In this document: in pieces, positions 63,780-64,000 of the stretch | Position numbering within the stretch: the stretch's first letter is position 1 | How the letters are laid out: each line of letters starts with the position of its first letter | From: Adineta vaga | Taxonomy: Eukaryota; Animalia; Rotifera | DNA: 64,000 nt | Direction of reading: 5' to 3' | Assembly: GCA_021613535.1 (NCBI GenBank) | Contig: CP075495.1 | Span: forward strand, 5,642,001 to 5,706,000 | Position numbers and translations under genes: made by a program | Notes under the pieces: model-generated | Seen by the model: only the letters and a program-made list of their open reading frames with translations | The model's database searches: none | What the model was told of the DNA's origin: nothing

Positions 63780-64000
63780 AAGAAACAAAGATTTGTTTAT
63801 GCTTTATAATCAAGATATGATTTTTTTGTGCTTTTCAGTATCATATTATCGTTTCCTTCTTTTTTTACATTGTGATATTATTATTATTATTATTAATTCG
63901 AACAACAGAAGAATGCAGTTCTGTATACATATAAATTTCGCATTTCTATTATTTTCAGATTGATAAAAAAAAAGAAGTAATTCCAAAACATGACAAAACA

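Overview
AT-rich, gene-dense eukaryotic (metazoan) genomic DNA with many ~50-60 nt GT-AG introns. The style is most consistent with a bdelloid rotifer (inference, not verified). About 24 protein genes were read by hand-splicing: DCAF8 (partial), CFAP141-like, a REEP-like/GATase-like chimera, PEAK1/pragmin-like, STK11IP, COA6-like, UTP6, IGBP1, LSM2, a PPC/DUF296 protein, SAAL1, TMEM163-like, an AANAT-like GNAT, a ~13 kb filamin, TIMELESS, an unknown S/T-P-rich protein, a mini RNF168-like RING protein, CHTF18, an MMP, a DNAJC5-like protein, two SNAPC5-like ORFs, TBL3 and a short CYLD-like DUB. Main observations: (1) genes fall into same-strand runs with 48-230 nt stop-to-start gaps and unpaired pyrimidine-AG acceptors just before the ATGs, suggesting trans-spliced operons; (2) two divergent SNAPC5-like paralogs sit head-to-head with mirror-image upstream motifs, each leading one run; (3) the minus run is rich in genome-maintenance genes and contains a possible decayed TERT relic next to a GC-rich fold-back element; (4) the MMP gene appears nested antisense in a first intron of CHTF18; (5) filamin shows microexons, cassette and terminal exons and a probable internal promoter. 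CDS coordinates span introns, and all gene names come from motif recognition, not database searches.
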